Assembly: GCA_029838195.1 (NCBI GenBank)
Contig: JALGVJ010000002.1
Location: forward strand, 32,001 to 96,000
DNA: 64,000 nt
Direction of reading: 5' to 3'
DNA from: Promethearchaeota archaeon
GTDB taxonomy: Archaea; Asgardarchaeota; Lokiarchaeia; Sigyniarchaeales; SOKP01
The notes under the pieces are model-generated. The model made no database searches. It was given only the letters and a program-made list of their open reading frames with translations, and had not been told where the DNA came from. This document shows, piece after piece, positions 42,101-52,718 of this stretch (within the stretch, counting starts at the first letter, position 1; every line of letters begins with the position of its first letter). Made by a program: the position numbers and the translations under genes.

Positions 42101-43180
42101 AACCGTAGAATTAAAGCTTTTTGTTAAAAAGGATCTAATAGTAATAGAATCTATTATGAAATCAGAAGCATCAGACATGTTATTATAAATGGTAAAATCT
42201 ACTTGGCCCGCTTGCGACCTATCTCTTTCAATATAAGTATATCCATTACCTGAAGTAACATTAGAATAAGTATGATTTTGATTGAACTCATTATCGTAGA
42301 TTCTTATTAATCCTGATGCGTTTGGTTCCGTCCAGAGATTAAACTTGGCATTATCCAATAAAAGAGTGGGATCTGAGGAGGATTTAACTTCGGATTCCGC
42401 TTCAACATGAATACCCATTTTTAAAGTTATATTTCCTAGAGCTTTTTGACCAAAAGTTAGTGGATTAAAAAATAAAGTAAATGTTGTCCACGAATTATAA
42501 ATGGAATTATTAAAATGCAACGTATTATTTTTTTCCATTCCATTGCAAATAATTGCAATATACAAGCTTGCGTTGAGAATAGCACTTGAATCATAATAAT
42601 AATCAATAGAAAAGCTTGCTATTTTAGAAGAAAATTCCTCAGGGATTGTTAAGTTTTGATAATAATATGCGTAATGCCCTATTTCAAAACCAATATTTCT
42701 AACAATAGTAATTGATACACTTCCACTTGGATTTCCCTTGGTATCTTCATATTGATGGTCAAATCCTTCTTTAGAAGTATCATTTTCAATATAATACCAT
42801 CCCTCCATACCAGTATTAAAGCCACCATTAATTGCCCAATCTTTCTTTTTAGATACACCCTCAAAAGTAATATTCACGTTTTTAGAAGTCCAATCTTGAG
42901 CGATTGCAAAACTAATGTTTTCCCCCGAGTTTATATTTGTAAAAATATTTGAAACATTAGCGTATTGATTCACGCGCAAGGGATTTCCATTGGTTTCCGT
43001 GGAAGCGAGAGGCGTATTTTTAATGCCTTCATTTTCATCCTTCTTAGTTTTATTATAAAAATCATTCTTTTCATTCCTTATTAGATTAGGTGTAAATTCA
43101 GGGTTTAAAACTAAAAATAAGTTTAAATATAAACCCATTAAGACCAATAAAATTAATTTAAAGCATTTTTTCTTTCTCAT
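39179..43180 (-). CDS. Large single-pass surface glycoprotein with a cytoplasmic longin-like domain
   Basis: N-terminal signal/anchor, about 1050 aa of beta-rich ectodomain with many NxS/T sequons, TM segment YWLWILVAV..., then IFFMHEESGIPLYS..DPQLLSGFIQAI. Confidence 0.8.
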   Translation of the reverse strand: MRKKKCFKLILLVLMGLYLNLFLVLNPEFTPNLIRNEKNDFYNKTKKDENEGIKNTPLASTETNGNPLRVNQYANVSNIFTNINSGENISFAIAQDWTSKNVNITFEGVSKKKDWAINGGFNTGMEGWYYIENDTSKEGFDHQYEDTKGNPSGSVSITIVRNIGFEIGHYAYYYQNLTIPEEFSSKIASFSIDYYYDSSAILNASLYIAIICNGMEKNNTLHFNNSIYNSWTTFTLFFNPLTFGQKALGNITLKMGIHVEAESEVKSSSDPTLLLDNAKFNLWTEPNASGLIRIYDNEFNQNHTYSNVTSGNGYTYIERDRSQAGQVDFTIYNNMSDASDFIIDSITIRSFLTKSFNSTVSGKEGSYYSVGAQVNWYLEASITIPTGYQSWAEIEKPSDWNFTSILDGFYEQQRQNCEGVDLGSTKLKISNEILSEGLWKFEAISGNYLIEGNIATWNGTQFLDLSKLTHGDKFRINITLDDSLPLANTIVNYTIYYPNGTILMDNWKEPEDYNVKIGNFIVGDNMSVGKYIVKIFWSNNQSYLYRNKIGYKELSFIAWHHVNLTAVKDYFEQAAGEPLLLKVNLTDTDFNESITYAEVSYNSTYGSFGTMTYLGNGIYFGDIDTSSLDLGDYYFSFNASKTFFENITRNHLIHLKIIKPSMIIEIPSEAINATSNSFAICRINLKGVKDGAPLYPANISTNWQKFYNITDHYNGTYTLNFSTNDLPEEGVIKTYTIIINANKTDFGTTANSILLIIHPIETNVDSNNTLFNSYKNEIVNVKANYSISATSELIEGANCSVTWSSTFSIENRSEGFIIQLNTSGLAMGKHSCLIELNKPGFATGFINIFVIINPQYVSLTVHVDDEKINENEVIGVRYNDKLTLRARAYGEIDKVYLSGAIFTLHLGEHEIKLEKSDDDNWYEISLTITSENFSLGINALHVEFQKTDYSTTTFMFQLEVEQIEFNVNAINFQDSIQAYEGDSITIIILLTDSKKNLIKDANISYSWEYGTGQFQNLKNGTYILNLDLPENVIGNYKLTLIIFKESKIYQTKEYSILIFISERPVPAYWLWILVAVSIGATTSLGIIGLRARVIKPRRERKVLALKAKTQKFKDIRNIQAIFFMHEESGIPLYSQAYSFFKDIDPQLLSGFIQAIITIGTTITEQETMEKLTEEKGKTMEIDFKYFYTLIFDYQRLRTILILNKRSSERLKEKLYELAEKISIHFSKELEEFYGNMTPFKEGIPDILNEVLELYYKDYFVLIDEKTRFQKIKELRELSSLENRVLHVIESYLREHDDFKLDIIFDLMADKNEDLIIEAMENLINLGIIVPKKE

Positions 43181-43270
43181 TTAATTTATAAAGTTCAACA
43201 AATTTCATAATAATTATATTTTCGAACAATTTCATAAAATTCGAAAAATTGAATAAATAAGTTTTCCAGA

Positions 43271-43711
43271 TCATTCTTTTTTAATTCTAATCTCATTTAT
43301 CCCTATCCAATCTTTTGCTTCCTCAAAATCCTTAACAATTTTACGGTTGGGTGAACCCGCTTCTTGAATTAATACTTCAAATTCTTTTTTTAAAAGAGGA
43401 TTTTTCGAAATTATGAACACCGATTTTTCTAATTTTTCATTATTTTTTTTTAAAAAATCAAGAACTTTATCGAATGATTGTAAGTGCAATAAAACGGCAT
43501 CTAACAAATCTACGATTACAGAAAATTTTTCTACATTCATAGTAAGGTTTTCAAAGTCTTCGATAAAAACATCCGTTACCGAAGGAGGAAACGTCCCAAT
43601 TGCTTTAATATATAAGATATTATCTTCTATTTTTTCTATTTTATACATCGCACGTACCTCAATTGGTCTATTATATAGACTTTTAATAATAATATAAATT
43701 TTTGTCTTCAT
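43271..43711 (-). CDS. STAS/SpoIIAA-like small protein
   Basis: ILYIKAIG..VIVDL..and terminal DFEEAKDWI. The real start may be the internal Met of MYKIEK. Confidence 0.6.
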   Translation of the reverse strand: MKTKIYIIIKSLYNRPIEVRAMYKIEKIEDNILYIKAIGTFPPSVTDVFIEDFENLTMNVEKFSVIVDLLDAVLLHLQSFDKVLDFLKKNNEKLEKSVFIISKNPLLKKEFEVLIQEAGSPNRKIVKDFEEAKDWIGINEIRIKKE

Positions 43712-43883
43712 GTTGGTATTTTAACATGAAATCCCGCTAATATGATTAAAAATGAAAAATGTGGGAAGTAAAAAAAAGTATTATAAATTTTTAAAGGCGA
43801 GAATCGTGAAACGTATCTTTTACGAAAAAGCAAATATATCTCCGTGATATACTTTTTATTTTATTTAACTTTTTCCAAAATTA

Positions 43884-44840
43884 ATGGAAAATATACGAAA
43901 GGACTCCGCTTCTCCATCATCATGGATAAAATTCCTCTCCTTCCTTTTATTGGTGCTGACGACTCTTTTGTGGGGCACTACTTTTATTATTACCAAGAAT
44001 GTGGTCTCTCACGTCCCCGTTTTTTTTTATATATCGATTCGTTTCCTCTTTGCCCTCATCGTTCTTGTACCAATAATACTCTTTCGTTTAAAAGAAGTAA
44101 ATAAGGCATTAATTCGAGCGGGAATTCTAAACGGATTAATATATTTTCTCGCTCTTTCAACACAAACCATTGGTTTGCAAACAACCACGGCGGGAAAAGC
44201 AGGATTTATTACGGGGTTAAATAGTTTAATCGTCCCCTTTTTAATGTGGGTTGGTTTTAAAAAACCGGTAAAAAAAAGAATTTGGGCATCGGTAATAATT
44301 TCTGTGGTAGGAATGCTTCTATTAATGGTTGATGAAGTTTCCGGATTCGTTATCGGGGATATTTTTGAAATTTTTTGCGCTTTTTTTTGCGCAATTTATA
44401 TTATTTTAGTAGATTATCACGTCAATATTAAACAACTTGATGTGCATGCGTATTGTTTCACGCAAATCGTGATGGTTTTTTTAGCAAGTTCATTGACGAT
44501 GGTTATCAGCAATGAAACTTTTATCATTAAAAATTTATCCCTACCTTTTTGGCTGGTAATGATGTATTTAGGTGCTATTGTCACTTCTTTAACATTCATT
44601 TTTCAAAATCAAGCGCAAGTACACGTGGAACCTTCAAAAACAGCCATTATTTTTGCGCTTGAACCCGTTTTTGCCCTTCTTTTTGCCTCGTTTTTAATTG
44701 GAGATGAAAAAATTACGCTTCAAGGATTAATAGGCTGTAGTTTAATTTTCGTGGCAATTCTCTTAGCCGTGATCAAAAATAATGGATGGGAATTTAAGCA
44801 CGAATTAAAAGATAATATCCTTCTTCAAAATGATAAATAA
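43884..44840 (+). CDS. DMT/EamA family transporter
   Basis: LWGTTF, RF, KAGFIT, GD and ALEPVFA; about 10 TM helices. Confidence 0.92.
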   Translation: MENIRKDSASPSSWIKFLSFLLLVLTTLLWGTTFIITKNVVSHVPVFFYISIRFLFALIVLVPIILFRLKEVNKALIRAGILNGLIYFLALSTQTIGLQTTTAGKAGFITGLNSLIVPFLMWVGFKKPVKKRIWASVIISVVGMLLLMVDEVSGFVIGDIFEIFCAFFCAIYIILVDYHVNIKQLDVHAYCFTQIVMVFLASSLTMVISNETFIIKNLSLPFWLVMMYLGAIVTSLTFIFQNQAQVHVEPSKTAIIFALEPVFALLFASFLIGDEKITLQGLIGCSLIFVAILLAVIKNNGWEFKHELKDNILLQNDK

Positions 44841-45113
44841 ATTTTTCCAAAATATCGTTTATTTCTTTATTATCTATTCAAATTAATGTTATTAGCAGAT
44901 TAAGATGAGCTTATGTAATGATAAAAAAGGATCATGAACATGAGATAAAACCTAAGTGAGATTATTGCTTTTCATTCATGTTTTTTAAATATAATAATTT
45001 CTTTTGATTTAATTATCATGACTCGTGAAGGAGTGTTATTGAATTATTTTCCATAAACCGAAATTTTTTTATATTCGAATTGTTAGGATAATTGAAAATA
45101 AATATTATGGTGA

Positions 45114-47270
45114 ATGTATATTAATTGTTCAGCAGAGGTTTGTAATTTAGATATCTTATCTGAGGAAGAAGAGCATGAGTCTTTTTTTGAAGAACATTAT
45201 TGGTACTTTATAATACCTGCTTCAATATTACTGGCCATTTCCATAATTCTTGACTTCTTCACGAAAGAACCTTTTTTAAGTCAATTAATAGCAGCAATTT
45301 CCATTTTACTTTCCAGTTATGGCGTAGTATCGGAAGCTATTAAAAACGTAAAGGAGCGAAAAATTACAGCAAATTTATTGATGTTAATTGCCGCAGTAGC
45401 TTCTTTTTTCATTCTTCATGGACAAGAAGGAGCTACCGCAATTTTATTATATTCTATTGCAGAACACATTGAAGAGCTTACCACTGAAAAATCAAAATCT
45501 GCGATAAAACAATTGTTGGAGCTTGCTCCCGATGAAGCCTTATTAAAAAAGGATAAAGAATATATCCGGGTTCCAACAAGTAGCGTCGAACTTGGGAACA
45601 TAATAGGGGTAAAACCGGGAATGAAAATTCCTTTAGATGGGATTATTGTTAAGGGAAATTGTTATGTAAATGAAAGTGCGATAACAGGAGAATCTATACC
45701 AGTTTTTAAAAAAGTAAACGATGAAGTTTATGCCGGAACTCTTGTAACAGATAATTTTATCGATATAAAAATAACTAAAGATAGTTCGAATACCTTGGTG
45801 GCTCAAATTGCCCGTTCTATTCAAGACGCTCTTAAAAATAAAAGTAAAAAAGAAAAATTTATCGAGCGGTTTGCAAGATATTACACACCCATAATATTGG
45901 CTTCCGCTATTTTTGTAATGATCGTGCCCCCATTAGTTTTTAATTTAGATTTTAATTCTTGGTTTTATAAGGGATTGGTTTTATTAGTAGTCTCTTGTCC
46001 TTGTGCCTTAACGTTATCCACGCCCCTAACTAATATTGCGGCTTTAACGAAATTAGCACGTGAAGGTATCTTGGTGAAAGGAAACCGGTATATTGAACTT
46101 GTTAATGAATTAGAACTGTTCGCTTTTGATAAAACGGGGACTTTAACCGAGGGAAATTTGAGAGTGTATGAGATCAAGTCGTATAATTCTAGTGCTCAAG
46201 ATGTGTTGTCAATCGCAGCAAGCTTGGAAAATCTTTCGGAACATCCCATTGCTAAAGCCATTTTAAGATATGCCAAAGAACAAGCAGTCCCTTTAATTTC
46301 CGTAGAGCAATTTGAAATTTTTCCGGGAAAAGGAATCAAAGGAAAAATTAATGGAGAGATTTATTTCGTGGGGAATAATGCGCTAATAAAAAATTTGGAT
46401 TATGAAATCCCACGACAAGACATGGAAGAAATTGAGAGAACAGGCACCATTCCTATTTTGGTAGGAAATGAAAAGAATCTCTTAGGAATCATTACTATTC
46501 GAGATGTATTAAGGCTTGATGCTCCTATTCTCATAAACGGTTTAAAAGAGAGGAAATATAAAACAGTCCTAATATCTGGTGATAAACAAACCGTATGTAA
46601 TTCCATAGGGTCCTCCTTGGATATTGATGAAATCCGTGGTGAATTAATCCCTGAACAAAAAAATCAAGAAATTTTAGAATTAAAAAAGAAATATAAAGGT
46701 GTTGCCATGGTGGGCGATGGTATTAATGATGCTCCTGCCTTAACCACCAGCGATTTGGGAATAGCAATTGGAGCTTCTGCCACGGATTTAACTCTTGAAA
46801 CGGCGGATGTTATTATAATGAATGATCGATTGGTAAATATTCTAAAATACATTGATATTTCCAAAAAAGCTAATCGAATCATCAAACAGAATATTTGGAC
46901 ATCTATTATCATAAAAGTATCTTTTGCGATTCTTACGGTATTAGGATTAATGACTCTCTGGCTTGCCGTTGGCATTGGAGATGTGGGTGTTTCCCTTTTA
47001 GTCTTTGCCAATGGATTAAGAGTTTTTCGATATAAAAACGTGTTTGAATCTATCGATGCTGAAATGATGAAAAATGAAGCAAAAATATTAGTCTGCAATA
47101 ATTGTCAAACAAGAAAAATTATTCCTCAACATCATGGGAGAGATATGATATTAGAAGATGATAAATTGGTATGTTGGAGAAAAATGCTTATAGATGAAAA
47201 TTTAGAACCATGTGAAGAAGAACTTCCTTTAGATTGTCCTATTTGTAATCAAAAATATGACCTTCAATAA
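45114..47270 (+). CDS. P1B-type heavy-metal ATPase (Zn/Cd type) with a Cys/His-rich C-terminal domain
   Basis: TGES, SCPC, DKTGTLT, SEHP, GDGINDAP, and K and DxG in the last TM helices. Confidence 0.93.
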   Translation: MYINCSAEVCNLDILSEEEEHESFFEEHYWYFIIPASILLAISIILDFFTKEPFLSQLIAAISILLSSYGVVSEAIKNVKERKITANLLMLIAAVASFFILHGQEGATAILLYSIAEHIEELTTEKSKSAIKQLLELAPDEALLKKDKEYIRVPTSSVELGNIIGVKPGMKIPLDGIIVKGNCYVNESAITGESIPVFKKVNDEVYAGTLVTDNFIDIKITKDSSNTLVAQIARSIQDALKNKSKKEKFIERFARYYTPIILASAIFVMIVPPLVFNLDFNSWFYKGLVLLVVSCPCALTLSTPLTNIAALTKLAREGILVKGNRYIELVNELELFAFDKTGTLTEGNLRVYEIKSYNSSAQDVLSIAASLENLSEHPIAKAILRYAKEQAVPLISVEQFEIFPGKGIKGKINGEIYFVGNNALIKNLDYEIPRQDMEEIERTGTIPILVGNEKNLLGIITIRDVLRLDAPILINGLKERKYKTVLISGDKQTVCNSIGSSLDIDEIRGELIPEQKNQEILELKKKYKGVAMVGDGINDAPALTTSDLGIAIGASATDLTLETADVIIMNDRLVNILKYIDISKKANRIIKQNIWTSIIIKVSFAILTVLGLMTLWLAVGIGDVGVSLLVFANGLRVFRYKNVFESIDAEMMKNEAKILVCNNCQTRKIIPQHHGRDMILEDDKLVCWRKMLIDENLEPCEEELPLDCPICNQKYDLQ

Positions 47271-47679
47271 TTTTTATCTTTATTTATTTTTTCACTCATT
47301 CGAACAGAATTAGAGGAAAAGCATTGTTTTAATTTAATTTCAAGCCAACAAATCAATTTTTTCAATAAAGTGGTTTAAGAGACTTCTACAATCTTTAAGA
47401 AATTCTTTTACTTTATACTAATAGTGCTTTGCATTAGATATAAAAGCTTCCTTAAAAACTCCTTCCACATGACCGTCAATCTATTCCATTACTCATTTAA
47501 TAACCATTTTTCCCAGTACCATTTTTTCCCTAAAATTTCTTATCTACAAATTCTTTAAAAATTTTTTTCTTGAATGACTAATATTAGGAAAAAATTAACA
47601 TGGAAATGACGTTCATGGATTTAAATTTTAAATGGTATTTTTAAGAATTTTATTCACCCTCTTACCAAAGAAAGAACTT

Positions 47680-49590
47680 TTAATCCATTTTCTCATTTGA
47701 TACCATCCAAATAGGACTAGACCACGCCATGTTATTGTGCTCTAAAAAAATTCTCAAGTAATAGAAAACAAACTTTTCTTTATTATTATCGCATGTTAAT
47801 ACCATACAGTTGAAATTTTCCATATCTATTATCTTTTCTTTCACTTTTTTCGAATTTACATTAATTTTTTTAAAAATTTTATTATTTCTAATTATCTCAA
47901 TTTTTTCCATGAGAATTGGACTAATTAAATTGAAAATTAAGGCCCTTTTATTATAAAAACTAGGGTGATCTTTCAAATCTATAATATCGCCCATGAAAAA
48001 TTGTTCTAAATAAAATTCAATGATAACTCTTGGACCTGTCGTGCCATAACAACGACGCTGGTGTAGCGCTTCCCATAGAGACTCTCTTGAAAGTTCTTTA
48101 GCCCACAAACCCATTATTCCTGGTTTATATAACCCATTTTCAATTTCAATCGGGCCCGAAGGGAAAATCCCCAAATGATCATCTCCTCCCGCTGTAAAGC
48201 CTAATTTGTAGCCTTTTTCAAGAGCATCTCGTACGAAACTTCCTTTTTTCTCTAACACAACACCTTTTTCGCGAGCATGAGGGCCATGTCCATAGAATTT
48301 ATAGCGGGGAGGAATGGGATTCCCTTCATTAAATGGATATTCTTGATTGCCCCATGTAGAATAAATTTCCACTAATTTTTCTAATTCATTATCAAAAAAA
48401 TCCCAATTTCGATACCCGGGCCTTAATGCAGAGTGATGGCAAATCATTAATATCTTATCTTTCCATGGTCGAAGATTCTTTATTAATTTAGGAAGCGAAT
48501 TGTATTTATTCATTTCTGACCGGAATATTGGAATAGTATCCTCCTTGTAATAAATGCAAATATCGCCATATCCCGTAAACCATGTTCCATACTCATAGCC
48601 AAAAAATGTAATAAATTTCTGATCTTTGTTGAATCGTTGAATTAATTGCTTTATATCTTCAAAATCCCGGTCCGTTGTTTCCCATGAATGATCGTGTTCC
48701 GTACAAGTACCAAAATCCAATCCTGCCTTAATTAAGTTTTCAAAATATTCTTCTGGATCAATAATTCCATCACTTTTATTGGTATGCCCGTGAATGAACC
48801 CCCAAAAGAGTTTTCTCTCATTAGATGGATTTTTACAAGTTAAGGGATTTGAAGTGAACATTTTTTCATTAATTTCCCCTTCAAAATAATAGATCCCTTC
48901 TTCACTGATTTTTACTTCGATAGTATTGGAGAATCCCTTACTAAAATCATCTTTATGTAAAGTGGCGATAAATTTTTTGTTAGTATCGTTCTTTATTAAA
49001 AAAATTTTCAACGGCAAGGATAGCGAATTGTCTTCCACTAAATTATTATACTTATCTTCTAACCGAACAATAATCTTAAATGATTTATTGCAATCTATAG
49101 TGGAGGGATTAATAATCCTTATATGGTCAAATTTACCGTTTATTACTTGTAACGTAGGAATTGGATTAACTAGATGGGTAGTTCCATTCGGAAACTGAAT
49201 CAGTACTTCAATCTTTTTTTTCTTTTCCACAAATGATTGTACTAAAGTATTTGATACATGAAGTGTAAAGTTCGTGTTTTTTTTAATTCCTTTCTTCTCT
49301 AAAATTAAATATTTTATCAATAATTCTTTTCCGGTAATTACTAATGGAATGACTTTTGGATTGTTTGGAATTTTTAAAGTAAAAAATCCGTTTTCCAACG
49401 GATCATGATTTTGAAGAAAATACCAATCGTTTTTGTTATTTCTTCCTCCACGGAAGCGAAAAATGAGAAATGAGTTATAAAGCAAATCAAAATCAAGAGA
49501 AAATGAGAGCATTAAGTTAGTAAACTCTCTTACTTTTACCTTTTTAGGTTTTATAGTTATCTTTCTTAAATGAAATAAATTCTTCTTCAA
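47680..49590 (-). CDS. DUF3604-like PHP-fold metallohydrolase
   Basis: WGFIHGHT..SDG, TEHD, GYEY, HH, GGDDH, YGTTG and AWSSPIW. Confidence 0.8.
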   Translation of the reverse strand: MKKNLFHLRKITIKPKKVKVREFTNLMLSFSLDFDLLYNSFLIFRFRGGRNNKNDWYFLQNHDPLENGFFTLKIPNNPKVIPLVITGKELLIKYLILEKKGIKKNTNFTLHVSNTLVQSFVEKKKKIEVLIQFPNGTTHLVNPIPTLQVINGKFDHIRIINPSTIDCNKSFKIIVRLEDKYNNLVEDNSLSLPLKIFLIKNDTNKKFIATLHKDDFSKGFSNTIEVKISEEGIYYFEGEINEKMFTSNPLTCKNPSNERKLFWGFIHGHTNKSDGIIDPEEYFENLIKAGLDFGTCTEHDHSWETTDRDFEDIKQLIQRFNKDQKFITFFGYEYGTWFTGYGDICIYYKEDTIPIFRSEMNKYNSLPKLIKNLRPWKDKILMICHHSALRPGYRNWDFFDNELEKLVEIYSTWGNQEYPFNEGNPIPPRYKFYGHGPHAREKGVVLEKKGSFVRDALEKGYKLGFTAGGDDHLGIFPSGPIEIENGLYKPGIMGLWAKELSRESLWEALHQRRCYGTTGPRVIIEFYLEQFFMGDIIDLKDHPSFYNKRALIFNLISPILMEKIEIIRNNKIFKKINVNSKKVKEKIIDMENFNCMVLTCDNNKEKFVFYYLRIFLEHNNMAWSSPIWMVSNEKMD

Positions 49591-49825
49591 TTTAAATTAT
49601 TTAATTTGAAATAGAGAAAAAATGTTTCTAAATTACAATTAAAGTGTCGGTAAAATGGTCTCCACTTAAAATTTCAAGTTAAAGCTTTGATTCCATCTGC
49701 TTGCTTTTTTCCTTTAGGATTGATGAAGATTCATCCATATAATTTAATGAAGCTATATTAGAGAATAAGAATGGTTTGAATTATCAATTATCCTGTATAA
49801 TTGCTCCTAAAAATCTTTTCTTTGT

Positions 49826-50425
49826 TCATTCAAGGTTAAAGGCTAATTTTAAGAGATCAGCATCGGTAATTATACCCACATAATGATTACCTTTCTTAAC
49901 AAGCACGGCAGGATAAGAACTGAGTAAATTGGAAATATTAGATGCTTTCCAATTCATATCTACTTCCGGAAAAGGCAATTCTTTAATCAGAAGAACATTA
50001 GCATTGATCAGTGTGGGATTATCGGTTATGAGTTTTTGAATTTTTTTTGACGTAATACTGCCGATGTTTTGATCATTTTCTATAATGGGTAATTGAGAAA
50101 TCTGATGCTTGTTCATTAATTCAATTGCTTGTTTTATTGTTGATTTCGAGCTAATGGAAATGATATTCGTGGTCATTATATTTTCAGCAAGTATTTCTGA
50201 ATTCTTTTTCTTCAAGGAATATTCTTCCAAATAGTCAAAAATTTTCTTGACTACGTGATAAGATGGATTTCCCTTTCCAGATTCAATGCGAGATAAAGTA
50301 GATTGGGGAATGTGTAAAACTTCTTCCAAATCTTTTTGCGTGAGATTAAGCTTTCTTCTTAATTCCTTAATCTTAGTTAATTCGGGTATTGAAGGCATTT
50401 TTTTCCAATATTGGCAAAGAATCAT
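49826..50425 (-). CDS. HTH-XRE/CBS-domain transcriptional regulator
   Basis: LRRKLNLTQ..QSTLSRIESG..PS followed by a CBS pair. Confidence 0.9.
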   Translation of the reverse strand: MILCQYWKKMPSIPELTKIKELRRKLNLTQKDLEEVLHIPQSTLSRIESGKGNPSYHVVKKIFDYLEEYSLKKKNSEILAENIMTTNIISISSKSTIKQAIELMNKHQISQLPIIENDQNIGSITSKKIQKLITDNPTLINANVLLIKELPFPEVDMNWKASNISNLLSSYPAVLVKKGNHYVGIITDADLLKLAFNLE

Positions 50426-50554
50426 GATATTAATGAATATAACATGTCATAAATGAATAATTTCTTTCCATTTATTTATAAATGATATATTTTTTTCTAT
50501 TATAAATTTAATGTAATTTAAAAACTATTCTAATATAATATTCAAGGTGATTAT

Positions 50555-52030
50555 TTGACTAAAACATATGAAGCGATAAATGAAAAAATAAAAAAAAGAG
50601 AAGCAGTAGTAGTTACTGCGGAAGAAATGATAAAAATCGTGGAAGAACGAGGGACTAAAGTTACAGCTGAAGAAGTTGACGTTGTCACCACCGGTACATT
50701 TGGCGCCATGTGTAGCTCAGGCGCATTTTTGAATTTTGGGCATTCTGACCCTCCAATAAAATTTGAACATCTGTGGTTAAATGAGGTGCACGCATACCAC
50801 GGAAATGCGGCCGTAGATTGCTACATAGGCGTCACGAGAATGGCAGATAAAAGACCTTTCGAATATGGTGGTGGGAATGTCATTGAAGAATTAGTTGCTG
50901 GAAAGCCTATAAGGTTGCGTGGAATCTCCTATACTACGGATTGTTATCCTTTAGGAGAAATTGATACCTACTTTACCATCGATGATATAAATCAAGCAAT
51001 TTTATGTAATCCTCGTAATGGATATCAACGATACGTGTGTGCTACGAATTCTACCGACAAGACAATTTATACTTATATGGGAAAACTTTTACCTCATTTC
51101 GGCAATGCTCATTATTCTGGAGCAGGGGCCTTAAGCCCCCTCTGTAATGATCCTGATTATGAAACTATTGGTTTAGGAACAAGAATTTTTCTTGGTGGGG
51201 GAATCGGTTATGTAATTGGTGAAGGAACCCAACACAATCCACGTAAGAATTTTGGCACACTCTTCGTTAAAGGCGACTTGAAACAAATGTCTTCTGAATT
51301 CTTAAGAGGCGTAAATTTCGAAAAGTATGGGACTTCTTTATATGTAGGAATTGGTATTCCCATTCCTATTTTAAACGAAGGATTAGCAAAAAAAACCGCA
51401 GTTAAAGATGAGGATATCGTTACTGAAGTGGTTGATTATGGTATTCCTAGGAGAGATCGTCCCGTCCTCAGAACCATAAATTATAAGGAACTAAAAAGTG
51501 GAATTATCGATATAAATGGAAAGAAAGTAAAATGCTCCCCATTATCATCCTTATTTCACGCACGGAAAATTGCCAACATTTTAAAAGAATGGATCGAAGA
51601 TGGTGATTTTTTATTAAGTGCCCCTATTGAACGATTACCCACCAATACCATCTTCAAACCAATGAAGCAAATTTCTGAACAGAAATTTGTTAAAGATCTA
51701 AAAAAGAAAGCTATAATATGTCATGAGGACTGTGATATAAAAATAGTGGCATCTAAAATAGTTAAGGAAAACATGAACCACATTATCATTACAGACAAGG
51801 ACAATACGTTAAAAGGAATAGTTACCAGTTTCGACATCACGAAAGCTATAGCTGAAGAAAAAACGAAACTCTTGGATATCATAACTAAAAAAGTAATCAC
51901 GACAACCGATAATGAGCCAATTGATATCGCTGCGAGAAAAATGAGAATGAATGACATTTCTGCCTTGCCCGTAATTGATACTAATAATAAAGTAGTGGGA
52001 ATAATTACTGCGGAGGAGTTGATGCTATAA
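50555..52030 (+). CDS. Homocysteine biosynthesis protein (DUF39 + CBS; L-aspartate semialdehyde sulfurtransferase, MA1821-like)
   Basis: VDVVTTGTFGAMCSSG, PRNGYQ, NDP..TIG.GT and a C-terminal CBS pair. Confidence 0.9.
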   Translation: MTKTYEAINEKIKKREAVVVTAEEMIKIVEERGTKVTAEEVDVVTTGTFGAMCSSGAFLNFGHSDPPIKFEHLWLNEVHAYHGNAAVDCYIGVTRMADKRPFEYGGGNVIEELVAGKPIRLRGISYTTDCYPLGEIDTYFTIDDINQAILCNPRNGYQRYVCATNSTDKTIYTYMGKLLPHFGNAHYSGAGALSPLCNDPDYETIGLGTRIFLGGGIGYVIGEGTQHNPRKNFGTLFVKGDLKQMSSEFLRGVNFEKYGTSLYVGIGIPIPILNEGLAKKTAVKDEDIVTEVVDYGIPRRDRPVLRTINYKELKSGIIDINGKKVKCSPLSSLFHARKIANILKEWIEDGDFLLSAPIERLPTNTIFKPMKQISEQKFVKDLKKKAIICHEDCDIKIVASKIVKENMNHIIITDKDNTLKGIVTSFDITKAIAEEKTKLLDIITKKVITTTDNEPIDIAARKMRMNDISALPVIDTNNKVVGIITAEELML

Positions 52031-52429
52031 ATGACCATCATAAGTTTATTAGTTCCGCTAGGTTTGTTTAAGAGCATTGAGGATTATTCAAAACTGATCA
52101 ATAATATCCTCAGGCATGAAATTACTTTGAACATTCTAAAATTTTCTATGGGCTCGACTGGTGTCAATTTATTAATCGATGTACCAGAAGATAAAATAAA
52201 AGAAATTACGGAAGATTTAAAGCAAAATAATATCGTTATAACCAGTAAAGGAAGGGTTTCTATTGATGAAGACAAATGCATTTTCTGCGGAGCATGCGTG
52301 AGCTTATGTCCAACGGATGCATTACATTTTGAAGCAGATGATTCAATAGCTTTTTCAAACCAGCAATGTATTGGATGCCTGCTCTGCATTGATTCATGCC
52401 CAAGACAAGCAATAAGCGAAAATCTTTAA
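52031..52429 (+). CDS. NIL-domain ferredoxin partner (MA1822-like)
   Basis: Abuts the DUF39 gene; CIFCGACVSLCP and CIGCLLCIDSCP. Confidence 0.88.
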   Translation: MTIISLLVPLGLFKSIEDYSKLINNILRHEITLNILKFSMGSTGVNLLIDVPEDKIKEITEDLKQNNIVITSKGRVSIDEDKCIFCGACVSLCPTDALHFEADDSIAFSNQQCIGCLLCIDSCPRQAISENL

Positions 52430-52718
52430 TCTTTTTCATGTAAATTTTTAAATAATTTTTTATTTTTTTTTTTGGATTTTTTCTACATTCATTTTCCACG
52501 TGTTTAAAAAGATCATTAATAAATCAGAGACAATCTCTTTATCCCTTTTTTATCTACTTAAAAAAAATTTAAAGTATTTGAGAACCTTCTCGATTATTTA
52601 CAGAAAATGAGAAAGAAAGTAATAACATGCCAAATACTCTAATTAAAAGAAAAATTTAAGTAAACATGTTGCCATACCTTGTTTTTTTTTAAATAGGAGG
52701 ATTATATGATGGTTAATT

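Noticed and set aside
47280-47670. Possible gene remnant on the minus strand of this gap
   Set aside because: Only short interrupted frames with no recognisable family.
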